The notes under the pieces were generated by a model. The model had not been told where the DNA came from. It saw only the letters and a program-made list of their open reading frames with translations, and did not search any database. From the NCBI RefSeq assembly GCF_018350175.1, contig NC_058369.1:5272001-5336000 (forward strand): DNA of 64,000 nt, in the 5' to 3' direction. The position numbers and the translations under genes were made by a program. This DNA is from Felis catus (Eukaryota). Positions 25,011 to 37,914 of the stretch are shown one piece after another (position 1 is the stretch's first letter; the number at the start of each line of letters is the position of its first letter).

Positions 25011-27438
25011 TATGTTTTATATGTTGCCAAGCATGCAGCTTTGGCATGGTGGGTGCTGCCTTGGCTCATTAGTGCCCCAACGTCAGCAATGCTCTACTTG
25101 CCTAGTCCTTATTTCTGGGTCCCACGAGTGATTAAGTGACCAGAGAATTCTGCGGTGAGCATTATGTGGATACCCATGGTGTATAGAAATTTGTATTTGT
25201 GATGTTGCCTTTAATTAGACTTTGACCTGACCTGTGGAAATTACACCAACAAATTGTGGTCCTCTTGAAACCTCCAAGACTCCTTGAGAAATAGGAAATA
25301 AGATTCTACAGTTCCCTCTCTCTTATCAGTTAGAAGGTGGGGGAGCTATGACCAAGAGGAGAAACTTTCTCCTGTGTGGTGAGTGTTAAACATCTTATTT
25401 TCTTTGGTTCTAGAACAGCTATAGTATTCAATTGGATCTGATGGAGAGCTGGCCTGAGGGGCAGTTCCTGAGAGGGGCATGTCCAACTTTCTAAGACTGT
25501 GTTAACATAGGCACAGCTTTTAAATTGTTTTTATTTGCTTGCAGATAAAAGTCCAATGTCCTTAGAGGTACAAAGAATATCAAAAGTAGTGGTCAACTGG
25601 GGACCATTTGGCACCCCCACAGCAGACAGTAATGTTTGCACACAGTTTTGGTGGTCATGATCTGGGGTGACAGTGTGCCTGTCACTTGGTGGAGGCCAAG
25701 GGTGTTACCTAACACCTTCCAGTGCAGCCCAGCTCCTGCAATGAGGAATTATCCAGCCCAAAATGTCAATAGTGCTAAGGCTGAAACACCTTACCTTAAA
25801 GGAAGGCATGAGAATTAAAAAAAAAAAAAAAAAAAGAAAGTTTAATGGTACGAGCTAAAACAATAACAACAAAAACCTGCCAAATGGGGGCGGGAAGCTT
25901 CATAGAAAAATTTATTGGCAAAAAAGTCAAAATCTCCATGAAATTTTGACCACTAATATGGCTGACCTTTTTTTTTAAGTTTCAGTATAGCATATCTTGC
26001 TTCTCTGGACTTGTCAGCATGTCTATATGAAAATCGACAGAGGACTTGGAATTTGGAGACAGCTTCAGCCAGTGCATGAGGCTCTTCAGGGAGCCCCAAG
26101 TCATTTAAATGGAGTTGGAAGAGAATTGAATTCTCTGTGTAGTGTTAAAAGAATCTGTTCCAAATGGGCAGTGAGGGAATCTTACCATTCTCTTTCTCTC
26201 CTCCCTCTATGGCACAAAACAGGACACTTTTTGGTCCCCGGGACAGTTGGTGTAGTAATCACAGTGTTAATAAAAGGGGAAAGATCTCGGAAACTAAGGT
26301 TGTGAAGGAGCGCTTAATAAAAAAGCCTGGTGGGGGTGTAGCACTGTGACAGGCTGGGCTCTGTTGCTTACCTGCTGTGGTATCTTGGGCAAGTTCCTGA
26401 ACCACTATGACCCTCAGATTCCTTTGCTGTAAAATGGGGCATATAAGAGGCTCTGCTTCTTGAGAATGTCAGGGGGGAATCCATGAGATAGTCTACCTGG
26501 AAGGTGCTTATCAGGGGTAAATGGTTACTTCGCCCTGGTTATCACTGTTGGTCAGACTCCTTCCCTGTGTACCTGCTCGATCTGTGGTAGCTGTCCACAT
26601 CAAAACCACTATTTTTAAATTTAATTTTTTAAAACTTATTGAGACATAATTGGCACATAACATTGCATAACTTTAAGGTGTATACCATGTTGGTTTCATA
26701 TGCTTATATATGGCAATGGAATAACCACCTTAGCTTTAACTAAACTCCCATGGCATCACATAATTACCATTTCTATTTTGTTGCAGGAACAAATGAGATG
26801 TGGTCTGTCAACTATATATTACCATATATTACCATATATTAAGGTATATAATACGGTGCTGTTGTCTATCATCACTATGGTGTGCATTAGATCACAGACC
26901 TTACCTGTGTCCTAGTTCCAAGTTTGTGCCCATAAACATCTCCCCATTTCCACCCCACACCCCCCCCATCCCTGGTAGCCACCATTCAACTGTCTGGTTT
27001 TATGAGGTCAATTTCAGCACCACTATTGAATTGGATTTGTAGGAGATAGACTTAAACAGAGAGGTAGAATTACAGGACTCCACGGTCTTACATTCAGGAG
27101 AGGACATGTTGCTTCTTCAGCGTTTAAGGAGCCTCACCCTGGCTGATGGGTCCAAATGGTCCCCCTTCCCCTCTGCTCTCCTATTGTGTCTTCTCTTCTT
27201 TCCCCTTCCCCCTGGTAAAATCTAAGCCAGAGTTACAGGGCAAGGTGAGCAGGGATGAAAGTGTTAGGGAGTGGTCAAGCTGTTTTAGTTCCTTCTGGGG
27301 AAGGCACTTGAGGTCTGCAGTAACCACATCCATAACTGACCACCTGGGTCCTGCTACCTCTCAGAATCTTTGAGCTGGCCCCTAGTTTCTGGGGTATAGG
27401 GGAGGGGGCTGTTCCCCTTAAGCTGACCTTGGAGTTGA

Positions 27439-27860
27439 TGTTGGTTCACAACCCACTTGGGAAGTTCCCAGGTGTGATCTGAAACCAGCTCCCTTGCTCG
27501 AGGGCAGGGAGACACTGCAGAAAGAGGCAGGCCCCTTCAGGTATGGAGGTCACAGTTTTAATAAGCAAAGGGAGCTTACATATGATGTTTGTCTTGGACA
27601 GGAGCAAGACAAATGGATCCCAACATTCATCTGCCAAATCTTGTAAGTTTATAGAAAGAGAGGAGGCCTTAACTGGGTTCAGTCACACATAGACCACATC
27701 AATATCCCAAGGCTATGTCCTTAGAACACCCTCTGGAAGCAGGAAAGGAAAGAGGAACCCATATTCCAAGGAAAGGGGTCGGAATAAGGAGGCTCTGAGT
27801 GCCTGGTTTCTGCTCATGGGCCAATCTGTGGTCACGTCTTTTCGATGACCTTCCCCAACA
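27439..27860 (-). mobile_element. Solo LTR, 422 bp
   Basis: TGTTGG...CCAACA termini; perfect 5-bp TSD GTTGA (27434-38, 27861-65); ATTAAA on minus strand at about 27557. Confidence 0.85.
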
Positions 27861-28004
27861 GTTGAGCTGGCAGGTTTAAGAAATAGAAGCAAAGTCTGGG
27901 TCCTAGTGGTTTCATCAAACAACCAGAACTGACTCATACAAAAAAGCCAAGGTGGGGTTTAACTGCTAAGGCAATCAAACTTTTTGCTTAAAAAGCAGAA
28001 CTTT

Positions 28005-29303
28005 GTTCATTAGTAAATGGACATTTGGGCTCTCTCCATAATTTGGCTATTGTTGATAATATTGCTGTAAACATTGGGGTGCATGTACCACTTCAAGTCA
28101 GCATTTTTGTATCCTTTGGGTAAATAGTAGTGCAACTTCTGGATCTTAGGGTAGTTATATTTTTTAACTTTTTGAGGAACCTCCAATGCTGTTACCCAGA
28201 GTGGCTGCACCAATTTGCATTCCCACCAACACTGTTCCTCTTTGTCCGCATCCTCGCCAACATCTGTTGTTGCCTGAGTTGTTAATGTGAGCCATTCTGA
28301 CAGGTGTGAGGTGATATTCAGTGTGGTTTTGATTTGTATCTCCCTGATGATGAGCGACGTTGGGGATCTTTTCATGTGTCCATTTGCAATGTGGATGTCT
28401 TCTTTGGAAAAGTGTCTATCCATGTCTTCTGCCCATTTCTTCACTGTATTATTTTTTGGGAGGTATTGAGTTTGATAAGTTCTTTGTAGATTTTGGATGC
28501 TCTTTATCAGATATGTCATTTGCAAATATTCTGTAGGCTGCCTTTTAGTTTTGTTGATTGTTTCCTTCCCTGTGCAGAAACTTTTTATCTTGGTGAGGTC
28601 CCAGTAGCTCATTTTTGCTTTTGTTTCCCTGGTCTGTGGCAGTGTGCCTACTAAGAAGTTGCTGTGGCCAGGGTCAAGGAGGTTGCTGCCTGTGTTCTCC
28701 AGGATTTCGATGGTTTCCTGTCTCACATTTAGGTCTTTCATCCATTTTAAATTTATTTTTGTGTTTGGTGTAAGAAAGTGGTCCAGTTTCATTCTTCTGC
28801 ATGTCACCATCCAGTTTTCCCAACATTTGTTGAAGAGACTGTCTTTTTTTTCCCCACTGGATATTCTTCCTGCTTTGTCAAAGATTAATTGACCCTATAG
28901 TTGTGGGTCCACTTCTGGGTTCTCTATTCTGTTCCATTGATCTATGCACCTGTTTTTGTGCCAGCACCCTACTGTCTTGATGACTATAGCTTTATACCTT
29001 AGTTTGAAATCTGGAATCATGATGCCTCCAGTTTTGTTTTTCTTTTTCAGGACTGCTTGGTTATTCATGGTCTTCTGTGGTTCTACACAAATTATGCTAA
29101 GTGAAATAAGTCAGTCAGAGAAAGATAAATACCATGTGATTTCAGTCATATGTGGAATTTAAGAAACAAATCAGAAGAACATATGGTAGTGGAGGGAAGA
29201 GAGAGAGAAACAAACCATGAGAGAATCTTAAAGATAGAGAACAAACTGGGGGTTTATGGAGGTGGGGGTGATGGACTAGATTTGTGATGGATATTAAGAG
29301 GGA
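28005..29303. mobile_element. 5'-inverted (twin-primed) L1: about 28005-29090 minus, 29091-29303 plus
   Basis: ORF2 antisense (ORF 28010..28810) switches at about 29091 to sense [15 protein letters not shown] plus 3' UTR; tail missing. Confidence 0.8.
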
Positions 29304-29484
29304 GCAGTTCCCAAACAACAGCAGACAGATTTGTGCCCAATTTGTCAAGGCTGCCCCCCAGCTGTGGAGAGGGAAACACCATCTGTCCTTACAGGTCTGA
29401 GCTCTTTCCTTTGGCTCTAGTTGCAAATGGATGCTTTCTCCACCAACAGCCCCACACACCACCTTTTAAGTAGACTTCGTTGTG

Positions 29485-29724
29485 TTTTTTTAAGAGTTTT
29501 TTTAAATTTGTTTTTTTAATATTTATTTATTTTTGAGAGACAGAGAGAGAGAGAGCACAAGCGAGGAAGGCACAGAGACAGAGAGGGAAACCCAGAATTC
29601 AAAGCAGGCTCTAGGCTCTGAGCCAACAGCACAGAGCCCAACGCAGGGCTCAAACTCAAAAACTGCGAGATCATGACCTGAGCAGAAGTCAGATGCTCTA
29701 GCGACTGAGCCCCCCAGGCGCCCC
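29485..29724 (-). mobile_element. CanSINE
   Basis: Head ends caggcgcccc; TSD-like aagtagac on both sides. Confidence 0.9.
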
Positions 29725-30034
29725 AAGTAGACCTTGTTTTTTAGAGCGGTGTTGGATTCACAACAAAGTTTAGCAGGAATAGAGAATTTTTATATACCCC
29801 CACCCCCTCCTTGCACAGCCTCACCCACTATCAACATCTGGCACCGGATGGTCCTTTTGTGAACCTACAATGTCATGTCAATATCACCCAAAGTCCATAG
29901 TTGACATTAGGGGTCACTCTTGATGCTGTACCTTCTATAAGTTTTGTCAAATGTATGATGATGTGTATCCACTGTTATAGTAACAAACAATAGTTTCACC
30001 ACCCTAAAATTACACTAAAAAACTCATCTATAAA

Positions 30035-30243
30035 GGGTGCCTGGGTGTCTCAGTCAGTTGAGTGTCCGACTTAGGCTCAGCTCATGATCTCACAGTTCAT
30101 GAGTTCAAGCCCTGCATCAGGCTCTGTGCTGACAGCTCAGAGCCTGGAGCCTGCTTCGAATTCTGTGCCTCCCTCTCTTTCTGTCCCTCTCCCGCTCACA
30201 TTCTGTCTCTCTCAAAAAAAAATAAACATTAAAAAATTTTTTT
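30035..30243 (+). mobile_element. CanSINE
   Basis: TSD aaactcatc(t/c)ata. Confidence 0.9.
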
Positions 30244-30275
30244 AAACTCATCCATATGGGTTGTTTAAAATGTCC

Positions 30276-30477
30276 TTTTATTTTTTTGAGGTGGGGGCAT
30301 GGAAGAGCACAGGGGGAGGGAGGGAAGGAGACAGAGACACAGAGAGAAAATATCTTAAGCAGACTCCCTGCCCAACAGAGAACCCGACACAGAGCTCAAT
30401 CCCACAACCCTGGGATCATGACCTGAGCTGAAATCAAAATGTTGGATGTTTAATTGACTGAGCCACCCAGGCACCCC
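30276..30477 (-). mobile_element. Older CanSINE subfamily
   Basis: tcttaagcagactccctgccc variant body; TSD taaaatgtc. Confidence 0.85.
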
Positions 30478-31337
30478 TAAAATGTCTTTTAACAACAATT
30501 TTATATATCTAGGGAGTACATCATGATAGTTTGATATACATATACGTAATGAAATGATTACCATAGTCAAGCTAATTAACATATCCATTTCCTCACATTT
30601 ACCTGTGTGTGTGTGTGTGCACACACATGCGAATGTGCCTGAAATCTTTTAGCAAATGTCCAATATATATTACAGTATTATTAACTAAAGTGATCATGCT
30701 GTACATTAGGTGTCAAGACTTATTCATCCTATATAACTACAACTTTGGAATATTTGACCAGTGTAGATGGATACTTAACCGAATAAAAACCAAAAACTAC
30801 TATAAAACTGGAAAGTATTGAAAGACAGACATGCTAAGGAACTGAGTCTACTGAGACTTCCCTTCTTAGGATATGAGTCAAGTGAAGATTCTCAGAATTG
30901 GTCTCAAGTGGGGTTTGCAAATTCAGGGGAATCTTATTTCACAGAGATACTTCGGAGCTCATACATAGGGGGGTGTGGGACAGTCCCAGAAAAGCTTTAA
31001 GCCCTCTCAAACCTCTGTCAATGAGAGGAAATACCTCCTCTTTCATGGTTCATCTCAAATTTTCTTTATCACATGGCTTAATGTTGGGGAAAGGCAATGA
31101 AAAGCAAAAAATCTTAACCCAAAAAGATGTGCCACAGAAGTCTAAGAGGAGCAAACCGGTTTTATTATGGAATAAGTGTTAACCAAGCATGCTTTTGCTT
31201 TTCCAGTGCCTGATACTGGGCTTCCGGGCTATTGGCAGATTTATCCTGCCAAAATGCAAGCTCAAATTTGTTTGAGTAAAGGATGTTGACCTTGCAAAGG
31301 CTTCTTCCCTTCATATAACAAGCCTTGTTTCTGACAG

Positions 31338-31511
31338 GGCATCAGGGATTCCTACCTTGTTCTCACAAACCTCACTTCCCAGTTAACCGCTGGAAAGCAC
31401 AAAAAGAAAGCAGTGCTAGTTACGCTCTACCTGCAAAGTGTGGAGGAGGGCTGTCCTTGCAGCTGCATCCAGAGATATGGAAGAAACATGGAAGGTGGAA
31501 AGGCAGTATGA
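31338..31511 (+). pseudogene. ADGRE paralogue GAIN-A exon remnant: GIRDSYLVLTNLTSQLTAGKHKKKAVLVTLYLQSVEE/AVLAAASRDMEETWKVERQY
   Basis: tttctgacAG acceptor, GTaagg donor at 31512 (alternative GTaagc 31531); LTN.T and T.YLQSVE..VLAAA resemble recalled EMR3/EMR1 GAIN-A helices; +1 frameshift at about 31449. Confidence 0.6.
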
Positions 31512-31989
31512 GTAAGGAACCACAACGCTGGTAAGCACATCTCCCCTAGCCCATTGCCAGGTCTGTTCTAACGAGTTTGTACATCACCCCACAAAATCCT
31601 CCTGGCTGTGCTGGAGTATAGATGTTCCCACCTCTATTTCAGAAAAAAGTGGATAAGGTCTTGGCCTCCTAAATGTTGGAAGAGCCAGGAATTGGACTCT
31701 CCAACTTGGTCCAAATGTGCATTCTTCTCTCAACCAGTACACAAACAGCTGGTCATTCTGGAATTTCATTGATGTTATTGTTTCTTCCTGGACCCACAGT
31801 CCAAAGTTTGGAGCTAGCCAATTTCATTAGGTACTACGATGTCAGAAGAAATAAAGAGGATGTGGCTTTAATTTTAGATTAGAGACATCTCTTTATGTCT
31901 TAAAATTTTTTGAGGAAATACAGGTCAGCAAGAAGATAATATAAACCATCTATGATTCTGGAGAATCAGAGAAAGCTACTCTAGCTTAG

Positions 31990-32505
31990 TGTATTAGTTA
32001 GGGATTGTTGCATAACAAGGGACCACAAACATCACACTTATAATTCATAGTTTCCATGAGTCAGGAGTCAGGGCATGGCTTTTCTGGGTGTCTCACAAGA
32101 CTGAAATAAAGTGTTGACCAGGTCTGGAGTCTCATCTGAAGGCATGAACAAGGGAGAATTTGTTTCCAAGCTCACATGGTTTGTTGGCAGGATTCAGTTC
32201 CTTGTGGGATGTCTTGGGCCTTGGTTTCTTGCTGACCAGAGGCTGGAGGCCTCCCCCAGGCCCACGTGGGTGTCTTTCTAGGACAGCTTTTTTGATCAAA
32301 GTCAGTAAGAAAGCATCTGCTAGCAAGGTGGGAGTTATAGCCTTATGTAGCATAATCGTGAACATGATACCCCATCACTTTCACCATATTCTATTGGTTA
32401 GAAGCAAGTTGCCAGACCAGCCCAAATATAAAGGGAAGCACTTCCACCAAGGTGTGGATACCAGGAGACTGGGGAGAGGGTCATGGAGTGCCATCTTAGT
32501 TTTCC
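31990..32505. mobile_element. MaLR MLT1-type LTR
   Basis: tgttggcaggattcagttccttgtgg...ctattggttagaagcaagt...ccatcttag. Confidence 0.7.
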
Positions 32506-32903
32506 ACATGCTCAGTGAGGTGGTTCCTGCATTGGACACTCATTAGGATCATGTGGGACATTAAAAAAAGGAAAATACTAGTGGAAGACCCACTTGGGGA
32601 CGGAGCCTGAGCATCAGTAATTTTAAAGCTCCCCAAGTGATTCTGATATACTGTCTGGGTTGAGAAGTACTCGGTATACTGCTTAAGGGCCAGACCTAGT
32701 TGACTGACCTGGGTTTAAAAGAACACCTGGTAGATGCATGGCCTTGGGTTAGTATCTTTATCTCACTGAGTCTCTGTTTCTATACCTAGAAATCTTGTAT
32801 ATATAAATATTATATAATATATAATTATCCCTTATATAAAATACATATAAGTTACATATGCTCCTATATGTGTATATGTTATACTTGTATATTATTGCAT
32901 TTT

Positions 32904-32906
<3 letters not shown>

Positions 32907-32946
<40 letters not shown>
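32907..32946. repeat. (CA)n microsatellite in AT-rich tract
   Basis: Visible repeat. Confidence 0.9.
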
Positions 32947-32952
<6 letters not shown>

Positions 32953-33134
32953 GAGAGAGGTCAAGATATCCTAACCTCCTCTTCAAAAAAAATAAATTTG
33001 CAGTGATACCATTCATATGATCTTAATTTTGTGTGTGTTTGTGTATGTATGTGTGTAAAATATGCTATTCCTATTTTAAATATACTAATGTTGCCAAGAA
33101 TGTGACTTTACTCTTAACGTTAAGGATGGAAGGG

Positions 33135-33542
33135 ATTTTTTTTATTCTTTTTATTTTTTTTAATGTTTATTTATTATTGAGAGACAGAGAGACACAGAGC
33201 ATGAGCAGGGGAGGGGTAGAGAGAGGAGGAGACACAGAATCAGAAGCTGTCAGCACAGAGTCCGATGCGGGGCTCCAACCCACAAAGTCAGTCACCTAAC
33301 CAACTGAGCCACCCAGGCACCCCTTTAAATTCTTTTTAGTGTTTATATATGTTTGAGAGAGAGAAAGAGAGACAGGGTGAGAGCAGGGGAGGGGCAGAGA
33401 GAGAGGGAGACAGAATCCAAAGCAGGTTCCAGCCTCCCAGCTGTCAGCACAGAGCCCAATGTGGGGCTCGAACTCACAAACTGGGAGGTCATGACCTGAA
33501 CCGAAGTCAGGCACTTAACTGACTGAGCCACCCAGGTGCCCC
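33135..33542 (-). mobile_element. Two head-to-tail CanSINEs (about 33135-33323, internally deleted; about 33331-33542)
   Basis: Two SINE heads; outer TSD-like ggaagg(..)gattttt. Confidence 0.85.
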
Positions 33543-34209
33543 TGGGAAGGTTGATTTTTGATACAAAAGTGTGCAGATGCTGGTATTTCATTCCATGGGG
33601 GGTATATTGAGTCCTTTGTGGTTCCTCATGGCTCTAGGCTCAGACAGCAGAGGGCATAGGGAAACTTCAGTTACCTACAGCTGGGTGGGAAGGTTCTCTC
33701 AGAGCTTGATACTGACATTAATCAAGGTGTGCATAAAGGAAGCACTGAGTACACTCTTTCCCTTTTCATGGAGTGTATGCTGATAAAAAAAAAAAAAACA
33801 CAAGGGAGCTAAACCAGAGTGCATATTTTCTGCAATCCATGAGGCTAAGGGACCTCACCAGTCTCATTCACTGCTATGGCTTGGCTCATAATAGGTGCCC
33901 AAAGGGTATGTGCATTAATGATTTCCTGTAATCATATGGTAACTCCTTAAGGCAGTCGCTATTATTATCCCAATCTTGTAGATGAGGAAATTGGCGATAG
34001 GGAAGATTAAGCCACTGGCCCAAGGTCACCCATAGCACCTCACACATAGCAATCTGAATCCCAAACACCATGGTTCTTGCCAACATCGTTTTGAATGCAC
34101 TGCCTCTCTTGGTGATTTGGAAATTGTTGTCTGCTCTGCCTTCCCTTCCTGGCCTGTGATTCAGTGCTGGGTTGAAGAGCAAAGGGCAACAGCCCATACC
34201 CACTTGGAA

Positions 34210-35130
34210 GGCTAGTATCAGAAAACAGAAAATAACAAACATTGGTGAGGATATGGAGAAATTGCAGCCCTTATGCATTGCTGGTGGGAATGTAAAATGG
34301 TGTAACTAGATGGAACTTTTTTGGTTCCTCAAAAAACTTAAACACAGAATTACCATATGACCCATAAATTCCACTTCTGGGTATACACTCCAAGGAACTG
34401 AAAGCAGGAACTAAAAGAGATATTTATACATCCATGTTCACAGCAACATTATTCACAGTAGCCAATAGGTGGAAACAACCCAAGTGACCATGGACAGATG
34501 AATGGAGAAACAAAATGTGGTCCATCCAGACAATGCAATATTATTCAGTCTTAAAAAGAAAGGGCGTTCTGACACCTGCTACAATACAGATGGCCCTTGG
34601 GGACATTATGCCCAGTGAAACAAGCCAGACACAAAAGAAAAAATGTTGTATTATCCCACTCATAGTTGGTCCCCAGGGGAGACCCATCCATAGAGACAGA
34701 AAGTAGATGGTGGGATCCAGAGGCTGGGGGAGGGGAGTTAGTGTTTGCTGGGAACAGAGTTTCCATTTGGGAAGATGAACAGGTTCTGGAGATGGATGGT
34801 GAGGATGTGAATGTGCTTAATGCCACTGAAGTGTGTGCTTACCCATGGTTAAAATGGTAAATTTCCGGGGCGCCTGGGTGGCGCAGTCGGTTAAGCGTCC
34901 GACTTCAGCCAGGTCACGATCTCGCGGTCTGTGAGTTTGAGCCCCGCGTCGGGCTCTGGGCTGACAGCTCAGAGCCTGGAGCCTGTTTCCGATTCTGTGT
35001 CTCCCTCTCTCTCTGCCCCTCCCCCGTTCATGCTCTGTCTCTCTCTGTCCCAAAAATAAATAAACGTTGGGAAAAATTTAAAAAAAAAAATGGTAAATTT
35101 CCTGTTATGTGTATTTTATCACGATAGTAA
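34210..35130 (+). mobile_element. L1MA/MB 3' end with inserted young CanSINE
   Basis: gctggtgggaatgtaaaatgg...aaaatggtaaatttcctgttatgtgtattttatcac. Confidence 0.75.
34867..35086 (+). mobile_element. Young felid CanSINE
   Basis: CpG-rich; perfect 16-bp TSD AAAATGGTAAATTTCC (34851-66, 35087-102). Confidence 0.95.
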
Positions 35131-35342
35131 TAAAGAGTGAAGGTGGCTGGTTAATTCCTAGTTTACTTTTTGAACTTGGCTAAATGCCCAGGGGGGTTGG
35201 CCTTTTTTCTCCACACTAATCAGGAGCAGTCAGTCCATGAGCATTCAGGCTTTTCTTTTTGGTGTTTGGTGCAGAGGATTATCATATTGGAGCAGGCGGG
35301 CAAGTGGATGTTGCTGTTGACCAAACATTCTCTGTGTTTTAG

Positions 35343-35460
35343 CCATTGAAACAGGGACACTTAAGAACTAACTGCACACTGAAGAAGACATTCAGGCTGA
35401 AGGCGGAAAAACAGACCATGGATGTTCACTGAACCACCATTGAGCAGGAAAGCTTGGGAG
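35343..35460 (+). pseudogene. ADGRE paralogue GAIN exon remnant: (A)IETGTLKN/NCTLKKTFRLKAEKQTMDVH*TTIEQESLG
   Basis: gtgttttAG acceptor, GTagaa donor; 118 bp (117 expected for phase 1-1); frameshift about 35369; TGA 35430-32 at a conserved Cys position; resembles recalled EMR3 AIETQ..DNC...TF.L.....MDI.C. Confidence 0.75.
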
Positions 35461-35931
35461 GTAGAATAAATGGTGGCCCTAGAATTTAGACAGTAGTCCA
35501 AGAATCTTCCCAATGGAATTTCATGTTGCTCCTATAAAGCAGTTTCTAGAAGCCCTTTATTGTTACTTAGTAAGTTCTGCGACGACAATATAAAGCCAGA
35601 GTCTGGGAGATTCGCATTGGGCTTTCATAGCCAGAAAAAGAAAAGCATCCAATTGCCTATTCTGTTTACTTGGGATGTGTTGGAGCGAGACTAGAGGGGA
35701 TATTAATGATTTCCCAGGTTGGTTCCTGGCTTAACTTGCCTCTACCCTGCTCAAGGCTGGTTTTCTTAAATGTGAATGTCTTTTCCTTGCACCTGAACAG
35801 TGAATGGCTCCCAATTTCCTAGAGAAAGTTGACAAACCTTTTAGCACTCTCTTATTTTAACTTCTGAATATCTGTGTTTATATTTTATGCATTTATTTTT
35901 TTATTTAAGTTTTATAATTTTTAAAAATTTT

Positions 35932-36145
35932 GGGGGCGCCTGGGTGGCTCAGTAGGTTAAATGTCTCTATTTCAGCTCAAGTCATGATATTACTGTTGAT
36001 GGGGCCGAGCCCCACTTTGGGCTCCATGCTGACAGGAGGGAGTCTGCTTGGTCTCTCTCTCTCTCTCTCTCTCTGCCCCCCCTCTCTTTGTCTCAAAATA
36101 AATAAATAAACTTTAAAAATACATAGAAATAAAAACATAATTTTT
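35932..36145 (+). mobile_element. Older CanSINE
   Basis: gggggcgcctgggtggctcag head, (CT)n, A tail. Confidence 0.85.
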
Positions 36146-36339
36146 AAAAATTTTTACTTGAGGTATAATTGACATAGAATATTATATTAGTTTCAACTGT
36201 ACATCATAATGATTTTATATTTGTCTAGCTCATTTTTAAAACTGTGCATAGTCTATCTTTCATTACCTTTACGATTTTTCTTTGATTACTTTTCGTAAGA
36301 CCTTACTGTCCTGCGAATTTACCTGCTAGCAGTCTTTTC

Positions 36340-36632
36340 CTCCTCATTCACTTCCTTGCTCCCTCCTTCATTTCTTCCCTGTATCCCCTTCTTTCTCTCT
36401 CCCTTCCTTCCTTCTTTCTTCCTCTTTTTCTCTCCCTTCCCTTTCCTTCCTTCTCTCCATCCACCCATTCATCCACCCATCCGTTCTTCCCTGCATCCAT
36501 CCATCCACCCATGCCTCTATCCATTCTGCCATCCATCTACTTACCCACTCATCTATCTACTAACCTTCCTGCTTTCTCGCCTTCCTTCCTTTTTTCCTTC
36601 CCCTCTCCCTTCATTCCTTCCATTGATTCATT
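36340..36632. repeat. (CCTT)/(CCAT)n low-complexity tract
   Basis: Visible repeats. Confidence 0.8.
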
Positions 36633-37015
36633 GACTTAGGTCGAAAATTTTCAGGAATATAATAATGACTTCACCTTTTCCTAGCTCCAACATAAAGTTA
36701 GTTATTTAATATCTTTAATCTTTTCCTTGACTGTAAAATGCCAAAGAAAATTATGCCTATGCTTATCTTAAGAGTGGGAGTAAGGATGAAATTATCATTT
36801 AAAACAAAAAATACATTAAACATTAAATAATTATGACTTATGTGAATGGCTCGACAAATTGTCCCAAAAGCCTAAATAAATGGGAGCAAAAATTATTTTT
36901 TTCCAATGGTCTAGCATCCTATTCAAAAATGAATGTTAACACAGATGATCCCTTACATCATTTATTTTGCCATCAAATGGGCATCATTGAAACTAGGTGC
37001 AGTTTTCTTCTTTAT

Positions 37016-37215
37016 CCCAAGTGCTGTTGCATTTATATCTTATGCTTCTATTGGTCCCCATAATTGATGAGAGCTTTGCATCTGAGGAAAACCTAATGAT
37101 GAAGGGAAAGTTGCATAATTTCTACCTGAACTCCAAGGTAGTAAGTGGTACAACAGGATCCAGGAAGAACACCTCACTCTCCATATCCATTAATTTCGCA
37201 TTTTACCGTGAAAAT
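37016..37215 (+). pseudogene. ADGRE paralogue GAIN-B exon remnant: PSAVAFISYASIGP/IIDESFASEENLMMKGKLHNFYLNSKVVSGTTGSRKNTSLSISINFAFYREN
   Basis: AVAFISY.S.G and YLNS.VVSG are GAIN hallmarks; +1 frameshift in CCCC 37056-59; damaged acceptor; donor GTgtgt 37216. Confidence 0.8.
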
Positions 37216-37334
37216 GTGTGTGACAACCAGGTGACTCTATTACATCTGGAGGCATTTTGTAATTAAATGAGAATATTTCCATGCTGATGAATTCACCGGT
37301 GAGAAGTCTTTAAAAATGAGGCAGATTCTCACTT

Positions 37335-37552
37335 GGGGCACCTGAGTAGCTCAGTGAATTAGATGTCTGACTCTTAAATTCAGCTCAGGTCATGATCTCA
37401 CAGTTTGTGAGATGAAGCCCCAAATCAGGCTCCAAGCTGAGAGGGAGGAGACTCCTTGGGATTCTCTCTCTCCCTCTCTGTCTCTGCCTCTACCCTGCTC
37501 ATTTGCACTCATGTGCTCTTTCAAAATAAATAAATAAACTTTAAAAAAAAAA
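37335..37552 (+). mobile_element. Older CanSINE
   Basis: Head, CT linker, aataaataaataaac tail. Confidence 0.85.
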
Positions 37553-37914
37553 GAGTGTCACTCATCTATGAGACATGGTGTTGCAAAATCCAAAATGAGC
37601 CAAAGGTGATGTGGTTGCCTTGGAAATTGGGGTACCCATGAGCTGTACTGGGGAGATAACTTCAGAATCCGCCCCTCAACTGTCCTCCAAGGCTCTGGAC
37701 CGATCTGACTGGTCAAATTGGTCCAAATAAAAGTGGTCAGGTTTTAAGAAGGCACCAATCCAGAGCTAGCACAGGAGATGAGTGACAGTCCTTAGGTATT
37801 TTTGAGTTGCTTCTTAAGTGCCACAAGCAGGCATCATACCAGGCACATTTCAATAGAGTTTCTAGGTTTCAGAACTTTGCCAAAATTAAAAATGATTCTG
37901 CTTTCTTCAAAGGG

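Noticed and set aside
25545..26300. AG/GT-bounded segments (near 25545, 25986, 26223) as further exons
   Set aside because: No recognisable ADGRE similarity.
37640..37705. LYWEITSE as GPS exon remnant
   Set aside because: No cysteines, no HL/SSF motif and no acceptor; probably chance.
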